A DNA stretch of 64,000 bases from the human T2T-CHM13v2.0 reference genome, Homo sapiens. The notes under the pieces were generated by a model. It was not told the origin of the DNA, ran no database searches, and saw only the letters and a list, made by a program, of their open reading frames with translations. Below, piece by piece: positions 16,843-29,422 of this stretch; positions within the stretch are counted from its first letter, which is position 1, and each line of letters begins with the position of its first letter. The stretch lies in NCBI RefSeq assembly GCF_009914755.1, contig NC_060930.1. One strand, 5' to 3'. The position numbers and the translations under genes were made by a program.

Positions 16843-19025
16843 TGTAGTAGTCCATTTTCATGATGCTGAACATACCCAAGACTGGGCAATTTACAAAAGA
16901 AAGATGTTTAATGGACTTACAGTTCCACATGGCTGGAGAGGCCTCACAATCATGGTGGAAGGCAAGAAGGAGCAAGTCACGTCTTACATGGATGGCAGTA
17001 GGCAAAGAGAGAGAGCTCATGCAGGAGAACTCCTCTGTGTAAAACCATCAGATCTCATGAGACTTGTTCACTATCATGAGAACAGCATGGGAAAGACCTG
17101 TCCCCAGGATTCAATTAACTCCTACTGGGTCTCTCTTAAAACACTTGGGAATTCAAGATGAGACCTGGGTGGGAACACAGCCAAACCATATTATTCTGCT
17201 CCTGGCTCCTCCCAAATCTTATTTCCTCACAGTTTAAAACCAATCATGCCTTCCCAACAGTACCCCAATGTCTTAACTCATTTCGACATTAACTCAAAAG
17301 TCCACAGTCCAACCTCACATCTGAGACAAGGCAAGTCCCTTCCACCTATGAGCCTGTAAAATAAAAAACAAGTTAGCTACTTCCTAGATACAATGGGGGT
17401 ATAGGCATTCGGTAAATACACCCATTCCAAATGGAGAAATTGGCCAAAATGATTCCATGTCTCCAATATGTGTCATGCTGATGCAAGAGGTAGGTTCCTA
17501 TGGTCTCAGACAGCTCTGCTCCTGTGGCTTTGCAGGGTACAGCCTCCCTCCTGGCTTCTTTCATGGGCTGGTGTTGAATGTGGCTTTTCCAGGTGCACAG
17601 TGCAAGCTGTTGATGGATCTACCATTCTGGGGTCTGGAGGATGGTAGCCCTCTTTTCACAGGGAGCACCCCAGTGGGGACTCTGGGTAGGGGCTCCCACT
17701 CCACATTTCCCTTCCACACTCCCCTAGCAGAGGTTCTCCATGAGTTCCTGCTCCTGCAGCAAACTTCTGCCTGGACATCCATGCATCTCCATACATCTTC
17801 TAAAACCTAAGTGGAGGTTCCCAAACCTTAATTCTTGACTCCTGTGCATCCGCAAGCTCAGTACCACATGGAAGCTGCCAAGGCTTAAGGCTTGCACTCT
17901 CTGAACCACAGCCTGAGCTGTACCTTGGCCCCCTTTTAGTCATGGCTTGGGATGCAGGGCACCAAGTCCCTAGACTGCATACAGCATGCCTTGGCCCAGC
18001 CAATGAAACAATTTTTTTCCTTTTATGTCTCTGGGCCTGTGATGGGAGGAGCTGCCACAAAGTTCTCTGACATGCCCTGGAGACATTTTCCCCACTGTCT
18101 TGGTGATTAACATTTGGACCGTCATTACTTATGCAAATATCTGTAGCTGGCTTGAATTTCTCCTCAGAAAATGGTATTTTCTTTCCTGTTGCATTTTCAG
18201 GCAGCAAATTTTCTGAACCTTTATGCTCTGTTTCCCTTTTAAAACTGAATGCCTTTAACAGCACCCAAGTCACCTCTTGAATGCTTTACCACTTAGAAAT
18301 TCCTTCTGCCAGATACCCTAAATCATCTCTCTCAAGTTTAAAGTTCCACACATCTCTAGGGTAAGGGCAAAATACCACCAGTCTGTTTGCTAAAACATAA
18401 CAAGGGTCACCTTTGATCCAGTTCCCAACAAGTTCCTCATCTCCATCTGAGACTACCTTAGCCTGGATTTCATTGTCTGTATCATTATCAGCACTTTGGT
18501 CAAAGCCATTCAACAAGTCTCTAGGAAGTTTCAAACTTTCCCACATTTTCCTGTCTTCTTCTGAGCCCTCTGAACTGTTCCAACATCTGCCTGTTACCCA
18601 GTTCCAAAGTTGCTTCCACAGTTTCAGGTATCTTTTCAGCAGCATCCCACTCTACTGGTACCAATTTACTGTATTAGTCTGTTTTCATCCTGCTGTTAAA
18701 AATATACTCAAGACTGGACAATTTACAAAAGAAAGAGGTTTAATGGATTTACAGTTCAACATGACTGGAGAGGCATCAAAATCATGGCAGAAGGCAAGGA
18801 GGAGCAAGTCATGTCTTACACAGATGGCAGTACATGAAGAGAGAGAGCTTGTGCAGGGTAACTCCTCTTTTTAAAACCTTCAGATCTCATAAGACTTGTT
18901 CACTATCATGAGAACAGCAACGGAAAGACTTACCCCCATGATTCAATTACTTCCCACCAGGTCCCTCCCAGAGCAAGTGGCAATTAAATATGAGATTTGG
19001 GTGGGGATACAGCCAAACTGTATCA
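16843..19025 (-). mobile_element. Full-length THE1 (THE1B-like) MaLR element: LTR 16843-17193, internal region 17194-18669, LTR 18670-19025
   Basis: Two homologous ~350-bp LTRs in direct orientation flank ~1.5 kb of THE1-int. On the minus strand the 5' LTR is followed by GTAAATTGGTACCAG (PBS-like) and the 3' LTR is preceded by a purine-rich tract. Flanks are CTAAC (16838-16842) and CTATC (19026-19030), a 5-bp TSD with 1 mismatch. Confidence 0.93.
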
Positions 19026-19297
19026 CTATCTGAATCACGTGGGCACCAAAGCAGCTCTTGTCCCTAGTTTCCAACTCCCAGAGTTCCCTGACAACACAGC
19101 TTTCCACCCTCTGCAGGCCTCAGGCCTGTTTCCTTTGAGTAAACCAGAGAATATACTAGACCTCATACTGACCCTGTCCTTCTGGCTTCCCTTCCCCTCC
19201 TTCCCAGGCTCCTGCCCCTACCCCCATGGAATCAGCTAGTATAATTAGATCTCATTGTAGCCTCTGCTCCACCAGCATTTCAGACCCAAATACTTGT

Positions 19298-19755
19298 TGC
19301 TATGTGTTGAATTGTGTCATCCAAATAGATGCACTGAAATCCTAATCCATGGTACCTGTGAACATGACCTTATTTGGAAATAGGGTCTTTGCAGGTGGAA
19401 TCAAATTAAAATAAGATCATTAAGGTGGGCCCTAGTCCGTTATGGCTGGTGTCCTTATAAGAAAAGGAGAAAAAAAAATGCATGAAGACAGACACATAGG
19501 GCGAATGTCAGGTGATGACAAAGGCAGAGATTGGAGTGATGCAGCTGCCATCCAAGAAATACTAAGGATTCTTGGCCACCACTAGAAGCTGGGAATAGAT
19601 GAGGAAGGATTCTACCCAGAGTCTCAGAGACAGCGTGTCCCTGCTGCCACTATGATTCTGAAATTCTTGCCTTCAGAATTGGAAAGGATTGATTTGTTGT
19701 TTTAAGCCAACACGTTTTTGGTAATTTGTTACAACCACCCTTAGAAACTAATATA
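19298..19755 (+). mobile_element. MLT1 (MLT1C-like) MaLR solo LTR
   Basis: Starts TGCTATGTGTTGAATTGTGTC, contains GACCTTATTTGGAAATAGGGTCTTTGCAG and GGCAGAGATTGGAGTGATGCAG, ends ...GTAATTTGTTAC...AAACTAATATA. Confidence 0.85.
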
Positions 19756-22700
19756 CCTACCTGGACTAGAGCCGGGACCCTCCACCACACCTGTTCTGAG
19801 ATGGTGAAAATCCACTCCATCTCATTAGGCTTCCTTTCTGTGACCTTGTATTTTCTAATCACAGAAAATTAGATGGCAAAGCAGAAAATCCTGCTCACTC
19901 TAAGGGTAAAGATGTGGGCCAAAAGACAGACTTATTTTCTGTTATTTTTTCAAAATCAGCCAACATCTCAGATGATGTTACCATTGATGCTCAGCAGCCT
20001 CATTATTCTAGGAGATAAAAAGAATTGAGTTTGGGTGGAGGCATGGGGCAGAACCAGACATGAAGAGGGAATTGCCCACTCTGACACCTTTGGAGTGATG
20101 CGTTCCAATATTGTTTTAATATCAAATCCAGATAAGCTGGGAGGTCTCATCCTCCTTGCCATGTGTGCACAGAGAAGCACACATTTTTCATTAAGTGCCA
20201 AGGTCACCCACAAGTGCTTTGGCAGGGCTGTGTGGAGAAGTTGTATAGCACCTGCCTACATATGTTTGGCACAGTGCCCTCTCCTTGCTTCCTCTCTGAT
20301 CAGAAGCATATTTATCTGCAACTTTTTTAAAGTCAGGAAAACAAAGAATCTCTCCTAGACTGTTTAAAATTTTAAAACCAATTCCAGACCATACACAATA
20401 TTTTGGTTGAATTTCAATGATGACATCCTATTGAATTTATTTTGTTCAAATGAACACAAAGGAAAATTTTCCATAGATAGGCATGGATATCTGTTGCTCC
20501 AAAGCTGAACTCTTTTCTTCTTTCACTCCACTTAACTCATGTTTTGTAAGGGAACAGAAAAATCCCCCTGTGTAAATTCTTTGTTCTCCTTTTCTTCTTC
20601 TTCCAAGTTCTTTTCTTTGCTACTTTATGCTTTCTCTTCTTTCAGATTTAACCCTTCCCCACGATCTGCTTTTTCTCCTTCCCTGACTCACTTAATCCCT
20701 CCCTTCTCCAACTCCTTTCACCGCAATGACCAACCATCATAGCCAGCCTAAGGTCAACCATGAAAGGAAAATTTGCTCTTCAGCATATCGTGTTCTTTGA
20801 CACACCTTTTATCCCCTCACTTCACCACAGTTGGTACACAATAAGGTGTGATAGGGCCTGATAAATATCTAATTCCTCATATGCCAATAGCCACACAACC
20901 TTGAACAAGCTATTTAATCTTTCTGTGCCTTGGTTTATACAAAAAGACTTGTTCTTTAATACAAGTGCTCATCTTTGCATTCAATCTCGTGGTTTCCTGA
21001 AATTACAGCTGCCTTCTGGTTGAAATTGACCTTAGATGTAGCCTCACTCCTGAGATCCTGGGCAGCCATTATATCCCCAGAGTCAAGGAAGTGCATGAAG
21101 TAATTCATTTAACAAAAAAAGAGAAAATAATGCTGTTTTCATGGGAGTTGCTGCGTAAATTCAAATGAACAAGGAATGCCTAAAACTGAGGACACTCTGT
21201 AACCATTACGTCTTTTCTGCACCTCACCCCTCCTGGTGCTCTGCTTCCTCCGCACTCTCCATCCCAGGTCTGATAGTGGCCATTGAACTATATTGAGATT
21301 TTAAATCAAGGTGGAACTTCTTTCAACAGTGGTTGTTTTAGGGCTTATTTCTAATAGAAAAACAGAAGTCCTTAACAACCTGATCAAGGCATTTCAACCT
21401 TGATGGGTGAGAATTTGGGGAAGGGGTGAATCAAAGAAAGAGAGGCACCTCATCTGCCCAGGGAAAATGCCAGCCAAACTAGCACTGACTTCACAACCCA
21501 CCCTGCTTCCTCCATGTTGAGTTTCCATCTTGTGAAAGAGAAACAGAGACAGAGATGGAGAAGCAAAGACAGGCACACAGAGGGCCACAGTCCAGTTATT
21601 TCAGTGCCCACTATCTACTCTGACTTGTCCCCTGCACCCTACTATCCCCAGGATTCAGTGGTCAAAGATGTTCCTATTTGGTAACTTTACTCAAGTGTAT
21701 CCTAACTTGAGCTCCAAAAAATAAACAATTGAAAACTTCAGTCCCTCTCCTAGCCAAGTTTAAGCCTATTGGAGGAGTGAAGGGCTTCACATGTGACTGT
21801 TGCAATAGTTAATGAAGCATCATATTGCTTTAGTCAGATTGACCTGTGTGCTCCAGATAACATCATCTCAGGCTTTCTCAACCCTCAAAAACCTCATACA
21901 CTTGACCTGAGCTCTTAATGCCATGGATTGTGACAGTCCAAACCCTCCCATGGTTTCTAAAGTCCCTTGACACTTGCTCCCACAAGGCCATTTCCCATTC
22001 TGCCTTCAGTGTTGAACAAACTCTGTTTTACTCCTTACTAATCCAGTCAGAAATTCAAACTCTTCTCTAGTTTATACAAAGAAGTCTATTCTTACAAAAT
22101 GACTTATAAGTTTAGCAATTCACTAAAGATGTGCCCAGTCAAGATGGTGTGTCTCATCATCCCTGTAAAGCAACTCATTAGTGCATGGCCCTTTGCTGTC
22201 CTTCCTCCACAACTTGTCAGCTGCCACAAATTTCTCTTTCTGCTTCCCATAGAGTAACTTCAGTCCCTTCTTTGAAACCTTGATGCCAGCCAGCACCAGA
22301 GCCCCAAAAGAGTGAGTCTCTGCCCAAGAGAAATGATAGTTGACAACTGCTAAGAGAGCAAATGTTCTCCTAAGACACAAATACAGGATAAAGCAACACA
22401 GATTTTTTTATGTAAGAGAAGAGGGAAAAAACAGGTATTTAGTAGCTAGAGCTGAAGTCCATGGGTCTGTCATAGACACTGGCCTAGAGCATGACAGTGA
22501 TCAATGCGGAAAGTGCAGTCAAGCGGGGAGGAAGAAAGTCAGTGAAGGAGAGAAAGGTGGAAAGGACTGTGGTGATCTACAGTTTGCTAAAGGCTCATAG
22601 AACTCAGGCAAGACATATGTCATCCTTCTACCCTCATTTTCTTACCTGCAAACTATTATGCTCAGGACATACTGAATCTTCATTCTCACATCCTTGAAAG

Positions 22701-23873
22701 ATACCAAGGGTTAAGAATGGATCCAGCTCCTTTGAGGCAGAGGTACTTTGTATAATGCATTTCATATTTGAAAGGGGCATTGGAGAGGGCCAAGATTGCT
22801 GAGTAGAAAAGGGCATCCAATTTTTACTATACTAAGGCACTAATTAGTCAATCTCAACTGGACTAATGTGCCAAATAGTATCCCAGAGAGTGAATTTCAG
22901 AGTAATCTGCATATAGCATTGGCCACCCCATTGATGGTTCAAATTGATCCAGCCAGTCAGGCTGGCTTCATATGTGAGGGAAAGATGGCAATTCCTCCAG
23001 GTAGAGGGGGCAGTGTGCTGATTGTGAGCTTAGGAATAGCTGTGTTTGCTGATCAGAACCTCCCAGTTGCTCTTGTAGTCTGTAGGGAGAAAAAAATACA
23101 CATTTATCTTGGAGTCAAGGTGTTTTCCAAAATCCGTAGGCCCAAGTTGTTAATTCCTGCATGCCTCTCTTCTGCCACTTCCCTTTTCTAATAAAGCCAC
23201 TCCACTCTTTCCACTATGGTTACCAGAAGCTGGGAGCCATGTTAGGGTAAAGAGCAAAGGTGGAGAAGGAGACCTACCTCACACACACACACCCATTTCA
23301 TTATCACTTCTCTAATTCCGACTTCTGCTAAACATTTACAGAACGCTAAGAATCAAGTCAGTGAATGTTTCTGCTGTGTTGGATTAACAGCCTGTTTCAG
23401 ATTAGCACAAATCAAAGGAATAAAATCGAAAAACACATTGGAATTGGCAAAAAAAAAAAAAAAGAGAACACATAATTTCATGTTGATATGGAGTCTAAAG
23501 AAGGCTGAAAGCATCATTCCTGGAGGCCCTCAAGTCCATGGCTTTCTTGGGAAGTGAAATATTTAGAGGTTTCTTTTTAGCTCTTCCAAATGAATTACGA
23601 GGTGATAAAGCACAGGTTGAGCAAAGATCCTTCTCCGTGTTTCTTTCGATAAAATGTTAACCAAGGGACCCATGTTGTAAATGGGAACACAGCACATGTA
23701 ATCTAAAACATCATTCTCAGGAGTCCAAGTCATTGGCATGACCATAAACCCTCTCTGATGTTACAGAAGGAGCAGATGGGAGGGAGAGATGGAGAGAAAA
23801 AGATGGAGAGAAAGATGGAGGGGAAAGGACGAGGTTTGAAAAGAAACCATTAGGTTTCCTACAGTGAGGCTTT

Positions 23874-24407
23874 AAAAAAAACACTTTATTGAAGTATGAT
23901 TGACATACAAAAAGCTGTACATATTTGTTGTATACAACTTGATGAATTTGGAGATACGTATACACCTATACAGAAAAAAGTAGAAAAGAAAAAAAAGAAT
24001 AAAGTACACCTATGAGATCTAGAAAACAGCCTTAAAAAGGAAAATCTAAAAATTATAGGCCCTAAAGCAGAATTAGAGAGAGAGATTTGGGTAGAAAGTT
24101 TAATCAAAGAACTAATAACAGAGAACATTTCAAAACAAGAGAAAGATATGAATGTCCTTTTATATCTATGAAGCCAACACCTCCATCATGCCACATACAT
24201 ATTCATTATCTCCAAAAGTTTCCTCCCACCTTCATTTATTATTTTTGTGTGTGTGATAAAAACACTTAACATAAGATCTACTCTCTTAGCAAATTTTAAG
24301 TATACAATACAATATTGTTAACTACAGGCACCATGCTATACAGTAGATCTCTAGGATTTATTCATCTTGCATAACTGAAACATTGTACCCTTTGATGAAT
24401 ACCTCCC
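23874..24407 (-). mobile_element. Short L1MA9-like 3' fragment with a 12-bp TSD, containing an embedded opposite-strand L1 ORF1 fragment
   Basis: L1MA 3'UTR in reverse (TTTATTGAAGTATGATTGACATAC...; TAAGATCTACTCTCTTAGCAAATTTTAAG). Direct repeat CAGTGAGGCTTT at 23862-23873 and 24408-24419. Confidence 0.8.
23970..24158 (+). mobile_element. Isolated L1 ORF1 internal fragment (~190 bp)
   Basis: GATCTAGAAAACAGCCTTAAAAAGGAAAATCTAAAAATTATAGGCC...GTAGAAAGTTTAATCAAAG aligns by eye with the ORF1 segment at ~8940-9130 of this window. Confidence 0.75.
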
Positions 24408-25143
24408 CAGTGAGGCTTTTTTTAAGTGAATTTTCAATGTGGATTATTTTTGAACACTTACTTGACTAAAATACCGCTTCAGAGAGGAAGAAAATAAGGG
24501 ACAAGGAGAAAGACAGAAAATTCCAAATGTCAATTCCAAATGAGTGATTATTTATTTTTAACTTATCCCTACAATATGTACACATGCCACTAATACAGAT
24601 AATCTAGTGCTGACTTAAAAGCAAAAACAGACATAAGACCAGTGCTTGGAACTTTGCTCTAAAAGAAAGGGTGTCGAGTGAGAAATCTTTCTCCAGCCAA
24701 AAAATGCAAGCAATGTCTGAGAAGAGCCACAAAAAGCCTAGAACCACTCAGCTCCAGAAGACTCCTTCAGGAGCACCATCCAAAGTATCTAGGTTTAAAA
24801 ACATACCTGTGGTCCTACCGACTGCACCCATGATTGCAGAAATGGAGTTGGAGGATGAGAGGAAGAAGATGGAATGAAACATATAGATTGTTGCCAGTTT
24901 CCAGGCAGGGATTGTCAAGAGCAAACACACTCAAATAACCAGAACATTTTATTCTGCTGGAGAGCTGGGTAATTTCAAGGCACAATGCACTCACTTTTCA
25001 GGGGCTCTGTTAATAAAGACAGAGCAATTCATGACCATCAGTAATGTGTGTGCCCTCATGTCAATCACAATAGCAGGTCTGACTTTTGCAAGTCTATTTG
25101 CACTTGGTCCTAATGATGAGAGATTTTTTTAGTCTCTTTATAG

Positions 25144-25353
25144 CAAGAGTCAAAAAACTTTTTCAGTAAAAGATTAGAGAGTATGCTTTACAGGCCATAC
25201 TCTCTACAACAATTATTCAACTCTGCTGTTGTAGTGTAAAAAGAGCACATACCATATACATGACTGACCATTGCTGTGTTTCAATAAACCTGTATTTACA
25301 AGAACAGACAGCTGTCCAGATTTAGCTCACAGGCTGTAGTTTGCCAACCCCTG
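25144..25353 (-). mobile_element. MER58A-like hAT-Charlie non-autonomous DNA transposon
   Basis: Ends ...GGCTGTAGTTTGCCAACCCCTG (reverse of the MER58 TIR CAGGGGTCGGCAAACTAC). Internal CAACTCTGCTGTTGTAG and GCTGTGTTTCAATAAA. Confidence 0.8.
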
Positions 25354-25496
25354 CATTAAACAATCAGTTTGTAACTCCAACATGCTCCTAGGATGGCTGA
25401 CCCATAGTTCACAGCGGGGCATGAATAGAGATGAGGACTTCTGAATTAGTGTCATGCTCATGCACTCACTCATATTTACTCTCAACATAACACCCT

Positions 25497-26070
25497 GTGT
25501 TGGTTTCAAGTTGGCTTCAAATTCTCTGAAACACTTCCCATGAAAAGGTGAAATACAGCCTCTTCTCTTGAATGGAGACAGTCTCTGTAACTGCTTGAAC
25601 AATAAAATACAGCAAAAGTGACGCTGTGCTTGTTTCCAGGCCTAGGCTCTAAAATACTGGCAGTTTCTACTTCCTATTTTTTGAACACTTGCTCATGGAA
25701 TCCAGCTGCCATGCCATGAAGAGGACCAAACAGCCCTACAGAGAGTCTCACATGGAAAGGAATCGAGGTTCCTGGCCAACATCCCATTTGAGCTCCCAGC
25801 CTGGACCCTAAAACACTTCCTGCAGGATCCTCCACATACTCTATTGTCTGCCAGTCAGACGCAGAGGATCCAGTGGAATGCTCTTGGGTGTTGAGGAATG
25901 GCAAAGCCACTACATGAAAGAGCCTGAGTCCCTGAGGAACTGAATAAAGCAGATATACCTCTCCAACCTGCACCCCCACTCACACCACCAACCTCCAAGG
26001 ACATCAGCCTGCATTGGACTTGATGTAAGTGAGAACCTTGATTAAGCCATTGGGATTTTAGGCATTGTTA
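25497..26070 (+). mobile_element. Old MLT1-family LTR sequence (MLT1G/H-like, then MLT1J-like segments)
   Basis: MaLR motifs CCAGCTGCCATGCCATGAAGAGG, GAGCCTGAGTCCCTGA and TTAAGCCATTGGGATTTTAGG..TTGTTAC. Confidence 0.6.
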
Positions 26071-26527
26071 CATATCCCCCAAAGTTGGCATACCTTAAAA
26101 AAGAGGGAAAAAGGAAAGTGGGCCACTCTTGACAAATGTTACCACAGGACAGCAAGATTTGAGGAAAAAAAAAGAATGCGCAGAATTTTCAAGGACAAAT
26201 CAGCAGAGCTTCATGATTGACTTGCATTATGAATCAGAGCCTTCTGCGTTCTAAAACATAAATGACACATATGGACTGTTTACATAGCAGTGCCTACTCA
26301 ACAGTTGAGCTTTTATAGAGCTGGGCAAATGTATTTGAAAAATGGAGCTCTTTGCATAGCTGATCTTAAAGAAGGAAGATGGACAGGCAGTCAACTCTGA
26401 GCTATGATTCGAAGCTTCCCCCATGTCTCTACACACAATACCTGAAATTGCTGATTACTTCTGTTGAAGCAATCTAATGTACTGGTAAATATAGAAAAAT
26501 TATCTGAGAGGACTCACACTTTAGACC

Positions 26528-26990
26528 TGGAGTCAGAAAATTATGGGCCCTGGCCAAATCCAACCTGCAAGCTATTTTTGTTTGGTCAGTGAGCTAAGAA
26601 TGGTTTTAACATTTGTAAACAGCTGAAAACTTCAAGAGAAGAATAATATTCTGTGGCAAGTGAAAACTGTACAAAATTTATATTTCAATATCCATGGTTT
26701 ATTGGAATACAGCAATGTACATTTCTTTTTTATTATTATACTTTAAGTTTTAGGGTATATGTGCACAACATGCAGGTTTGTTACATAGGCGATATACCTA
26801 ATGTTAAATGAAGAGTTAATGGGTGCAGCACATCAACATGGCACATGTATACATTTCTTTAATTTTGTCTATGGCTACTTATTCAGTACTACAACAGAAT
26901 TCAGTAGTTGCAATAGAGACTGTATGGCCCACAAAGCCTAAAATACCTACTATCAAGCCCTTTACAGAAAATGTTTTTAGACCATTATGG
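26528..26990 (+). mobile_element. MER58B-like hAT DNA transposon interrupted by a tiny L1
   Basis: GGCCAAATCCAACCTG..., GAGCTAAGAATGGTTTTAACATTT and GTATGGCCCACAAAGCCTAAAATA..CCCTTTACAGAAAA match the MER58 consensus. Confidence 0.8.
26729..26849 (-). mobile_element. Very short 5'-inverted (twin-primed) L1PA insertion
   Basis: Poly(T) plus a reverse L1 3' end (TATACTTTAAGTTTTAGGGTATATGTGCAC) joined to a forward L1 3'UTR piece (GATATACCTAATGTTAAATGAAGAGTTAATGGGTGCAGCAC). TSD TACATTTCTTT at 26718-26728 and 26850-26860. Confidence 0.9.
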
Positions 26991-29422
26991 TCCATTAGAC
27001 CTCGCTTTAGACCATTATGGTCCATTAACCCTTTATCCTGAATTCACAGACTGCCCCCTTCTCCTAACAAGCTCCGAGGACACAGTCCATTGTTCTGGCA
27101 GTGTCATAATGGGGTGAGAGGTGAGGTGGGGCCGAGAATCCAAGAGCTCAGGAGCATGACACACTGCCCAGGGAGCAAGTGACAATGGAGGGTCTCAGAG
27201 TGTCAGGATGAGCACAGGCACTTGAGAGAGGATGTCTGACCCACAGAAGCAGTAAGGGAGGGAAAAGGGAAGGAAAAAAAAATAGAAAACAAAAATTTAA
27301 ATATTCTCCCAGTTCCCCCAATCTATAAACATATCCAGTGGTTTTAATGTTTTGTTAAAGAAAAACAAACTGATTAAAAGAGTCATGTGTAAGGAAGTTT
27401 CAAAAACAAAGTTTGAAAAAGAAACACAAAGGGCAAACATCTTATTTAACACAGGACAATGTTTTCCAGTTTTGTGGAAATCAGTAATTCAGCTCAATGC
27501 TAATACAACTTCAGATGACTCTGTTCCCAAACCTGCCCTCCCAGTGATGGGTTTAGCTGGTTATGCCTGTGTTTCTACCGGGTCTGTCTTCTAAACTGCT
27601 GCTTCCTGTGGAACCAGAGTCTCATCTTAAACCTTCACAGAGTGAAAACAACAGAAAAAAAAAAAAAAAAGAAAACTTCAAAGGATTCCTCACTCAGGCC
27701 AGCCCTAGAGGCATATCCCCTAAGACCTCCTTGAATTTGCCTTTAGCAGGGCCCAGAAGGGCCCATAAGGGATTGGAGAAAACAGAACTCTTTGTTCATA
27801 TTCCCATCTTCAGCTTGACATCAGCCCAGAGCTACAGCCTGTTCAGTTGGGACAAGCTGGCACTTGGACCCAGGTAGACTAACTTCTAGGAGATTTTTTC
27901 TCAGTAATCTTTCTTTCAAAAGGTTGAGAAAAGCTTCAAAGTAACAAATATAATTCACAAACTTTTTCTAAGTAAAATAATAATACAGATTTGACATCTG
28001 TGCAGATTTCAACTCCAAGCAGAGACAAGGAAAGAAACTTCAAATGAAACTCTCCCACTCCTACCTCCTTTCATACACATCTTGTTCTTTCAGGAAACCT
28101 CCACTCCTTGCTAATTCCCTCACTCCTTTAATGTTCCCCTGGCCCCCAACTGCTTCCTCTAGATCACTCAGTAACCAGTCCCTCCTAAGGTGTCCTGACA
28201 AGACTGAAGAAGCATGACTTTTTTTCAAAAATTAATAATCTTTTAAATATCACCAGTGAGTTTACTGTGGAAAATGAGAAGTGCTGCCCTAAATGCCATG
28301 GACATTTAAGATGATGTAAATGCTGGTCCTGAGCTCCATGAGGGCAATCATCTAACACAAAAACAAAGTTGTAAAATATGGTAATGAACAAAAACATAGG
28401 CTCTTAGGACTGCAGAGAGCCTGAGGCATAATCTAGCTCAACCAGGTCATTTTCCAGATACAGTAAGTAGTAGAGCCATCTCCAAGTTTTTTCCCCAATT
28501 CTCAGCCCAGCGCCATCTGGAATACTCCCTGTTGCCCCTAGGTATTCTTTCTGCCATCCTTAGCCTCCCCAGATCAGCTGTCTTCAGAAGAGTACTAACT
28601 AACCAAGCATTCACCTACTAATCATGGTAAATACCCTTGTGACTCTTTTGTTACTTTAAGTAAAAATGCATGAAAGTTTCTTGTGGATTGCCACATCATG
28701 TTTCTCGTGGAATACAATCAATAAGCTACCATATCCTTCTGAGTCAGTGTGACCCACCTTAAAAACCTAAGTAAATTGTATCTGTAAAGAAAACCTATGA
28801 TAATTAAAGAAGTGCCTCTACCTTATAGGGAACCAAGTAATCACCTGAGACTATAACCTAATACAAAGATACAGGATTAATCACACAGCCAACTTAACAC
28901 TGCACAGAAACCCATTCCAATTTCATCTACAAAACAGGGTTTGCATTAACTATAACATGTAAGTGGGCATATACATTTGGCTTAAAAGAAATGGGGGTGT
29001 GGCATGGGAAAGGATTAGGTATAGATATGGTTTGGATATTTCAGATTGTACAATTATACACTATGAAAAATATACACCAAATTTTAATTTGCATATCACT
29101 GACTGACAGGAACCGAGTAAACCATAAAATAATTCAAAGCATCAGAGAGAAGTTAACTAGGCCCTAATCAGTAGCCAGTGTGGTCTAGTCCAACTAATTT
29201 TGATAGTTGAAGTAACAATTTACAAACAATGTAGATAGACTGAAAAATGTGAACCATTACTGGTTAGTATCCAATATTACAAGAATAATGCCAGACCTAT
29301 TCCATAAATGTCTTCTAGTGGGAAAGTCTGTGACAAGGGAAGAAAAACTGAATTGGGCTTTGAGCAAGTCCAGCGTGTAACCGTTTCCTAGTCCTTGGAA
29401 AATATCAAGCTCCCTCTGTCTC

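Noticed and set aside
17373-18874. Several 60-157 aa ORFs in THE1-int
   Set aside because: Overlapping ORFs on both strands of a non-autonomous MaLR internal region, with no recognisable gag/pol motifs.
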